NCBI GenBank assembly: GCA_031364845.1
Contig: JANLWX010000179.1
Location: 1 to 15,320 of the forward strand
Origin: Candidatus Eiseniibacteriota bacterium
Lineage (GTDB): Bacteria; Eisenbacteria; RBG-16-71-46
Direction of reading: 5' to 3'
DNA: 15,320 bases
A program made the translations under genes and the position numbers. This document shows positions 14,697 through 15,320 of the stretch, piece by piece. The stretch's first letter is position 1. Each line of letters opens with the position of its first letter. The notes beneath the pieces are model-generated. The model was not told the DNA's origin and made no database searches. It saw only the letters and a list, made by a program, of their open reading frames with translations.

Positions 14697-15320
14697 TTAC
14701 CTGGGCAGGAGAACGAACCTCGAAGTGTGCCTGCCCGAACGCGCGAAGTAGATCCCCGATTCCGTTGCATGATCGGAGGTTGCGGGCGTCCATGAGGCTT
14801 CCCACCGTCCGTCGGCCGTCGCGGCAAACGGGGTTTCGGCGACCCGGCGTCCGGAGACGTCGAAGATGCGCAGCGGCCCGGCCGGCCGGATCGTGGTGAC
14901 GAAATGGACCGGCTGCCCGGCCCGCGCCGGGTTCGGGCCCACGCGCAGCTGAAGGGCAGAGCCCGAGACCGGATCCACGCTCAGCAGCACCGCGGGGGCG
15001 GAGAGGGTGGTCGTCGAACCTTCGATCGTGGGCTGGGGCAGCGGCCCGCCCATGGTGAAGGAGTCCTCGCCTTGCTCGAAGCGGATCACACGGAAGCGCG
15101 TGATGCGTCCGCTGCGATTGAGCAATCCGCCTTCGTTGACGCGGAGGAACCACGGTGACGCGGCACTCGCCGGCAACAGCGCTTGCGCCGCACCCGCGGG
15201 AATGTCGATGCGGAACGTGCGCGCGATGTTGCCGAGTGCGGCGATGCCGTTCACCCAGTCGGTCTCGATCGCGGCCGCGCTGCCGGGAAGCGGCAGGCTC
15301 ACGATCGGTGAGGAGATCCC
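14697..15320 (-). CDS. C-terminal part (5' partial) of a probably secreted protein with a P-domain-like module and a FlgD-Ig/T9SS-type C-terminal domain; likely a paralog of the adjacent S8 protease
   Basis: The frame is open to the window edge (GISSPIVSLPLPG...). LLPASAASPWFLRVNEGGLLNRSG.I..F aligns with YLPPSAGNPWYLGVKEGGFVNTKG.V..F of the S8 protein. C-terminus GPNPA..L.IFDVSGRRV..W..SGIYF. Confidence 0.8.
   Translation of the reverse strand, partial: GISSPIVSLPLPGSAAAIETDWVNGIAALGNIARTFRIDIPAGAAQALLPASAASPWFLRVNEGGLLNRSGRITRFRVIRFEQGEDSFTMGGPLPQPTIEGSTTTLSAPAVLLSVDPVSGSALQLRVGPNPARAGQPVHFVTTIRPAGPLRIFDVSGRRVAETPFAATADGRWEASWTPATSDHATESGIYFARSGRHTSRFVLLPR

Overview
GC-rich bacterial chromosomal window. 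The C-terminal FlgD-Ig/T9SS-type domains suggest an FCB-related lineage such as Ca. Eisenbacteria/Krumholzibacteria (inference only). The first ~106 nt are G/C homopolymer, probably a contig-end artefact, running into the 3' end of a PLP-dependent (threonine synthase-like) gene. Next is a seven-gene minus-strand run, in transcription order: exported M16B peptidase (HLFEH), its non-catalytic M16 partner, two tandem DinB paralogs, an ICL/PEP-mutase-family protein, an Asp/Glu-racemase-fold protein lacking both catalytic cysteines, and a YedL-like GNAT. The ~740-nt divergent intergenic region (7215-7952) is the least explained part. It holds a 146-nt branched palindromic element, which folds best on the minus strand and has two GGA-loop hairpins, plus a probable transposase 3' remnant with a repeat-bearing IS end (..TGACA). 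On the plus strand follow a DipZ/TlpA-like redoxin, a pterin-4a-carbinolamine dehydratase and an ABC-2 ATPase/permease pair. On the minus strand are a 1185-aa modular secreted S8 protease and the 3' part of a related protein sharing a divergent P-domain-like module. No rRNA, tRNA or CRISPR array was seen. Nothing here proves a new system. The best leads are the structured intergenic element and the cluster of catalytically atypical enzymes.
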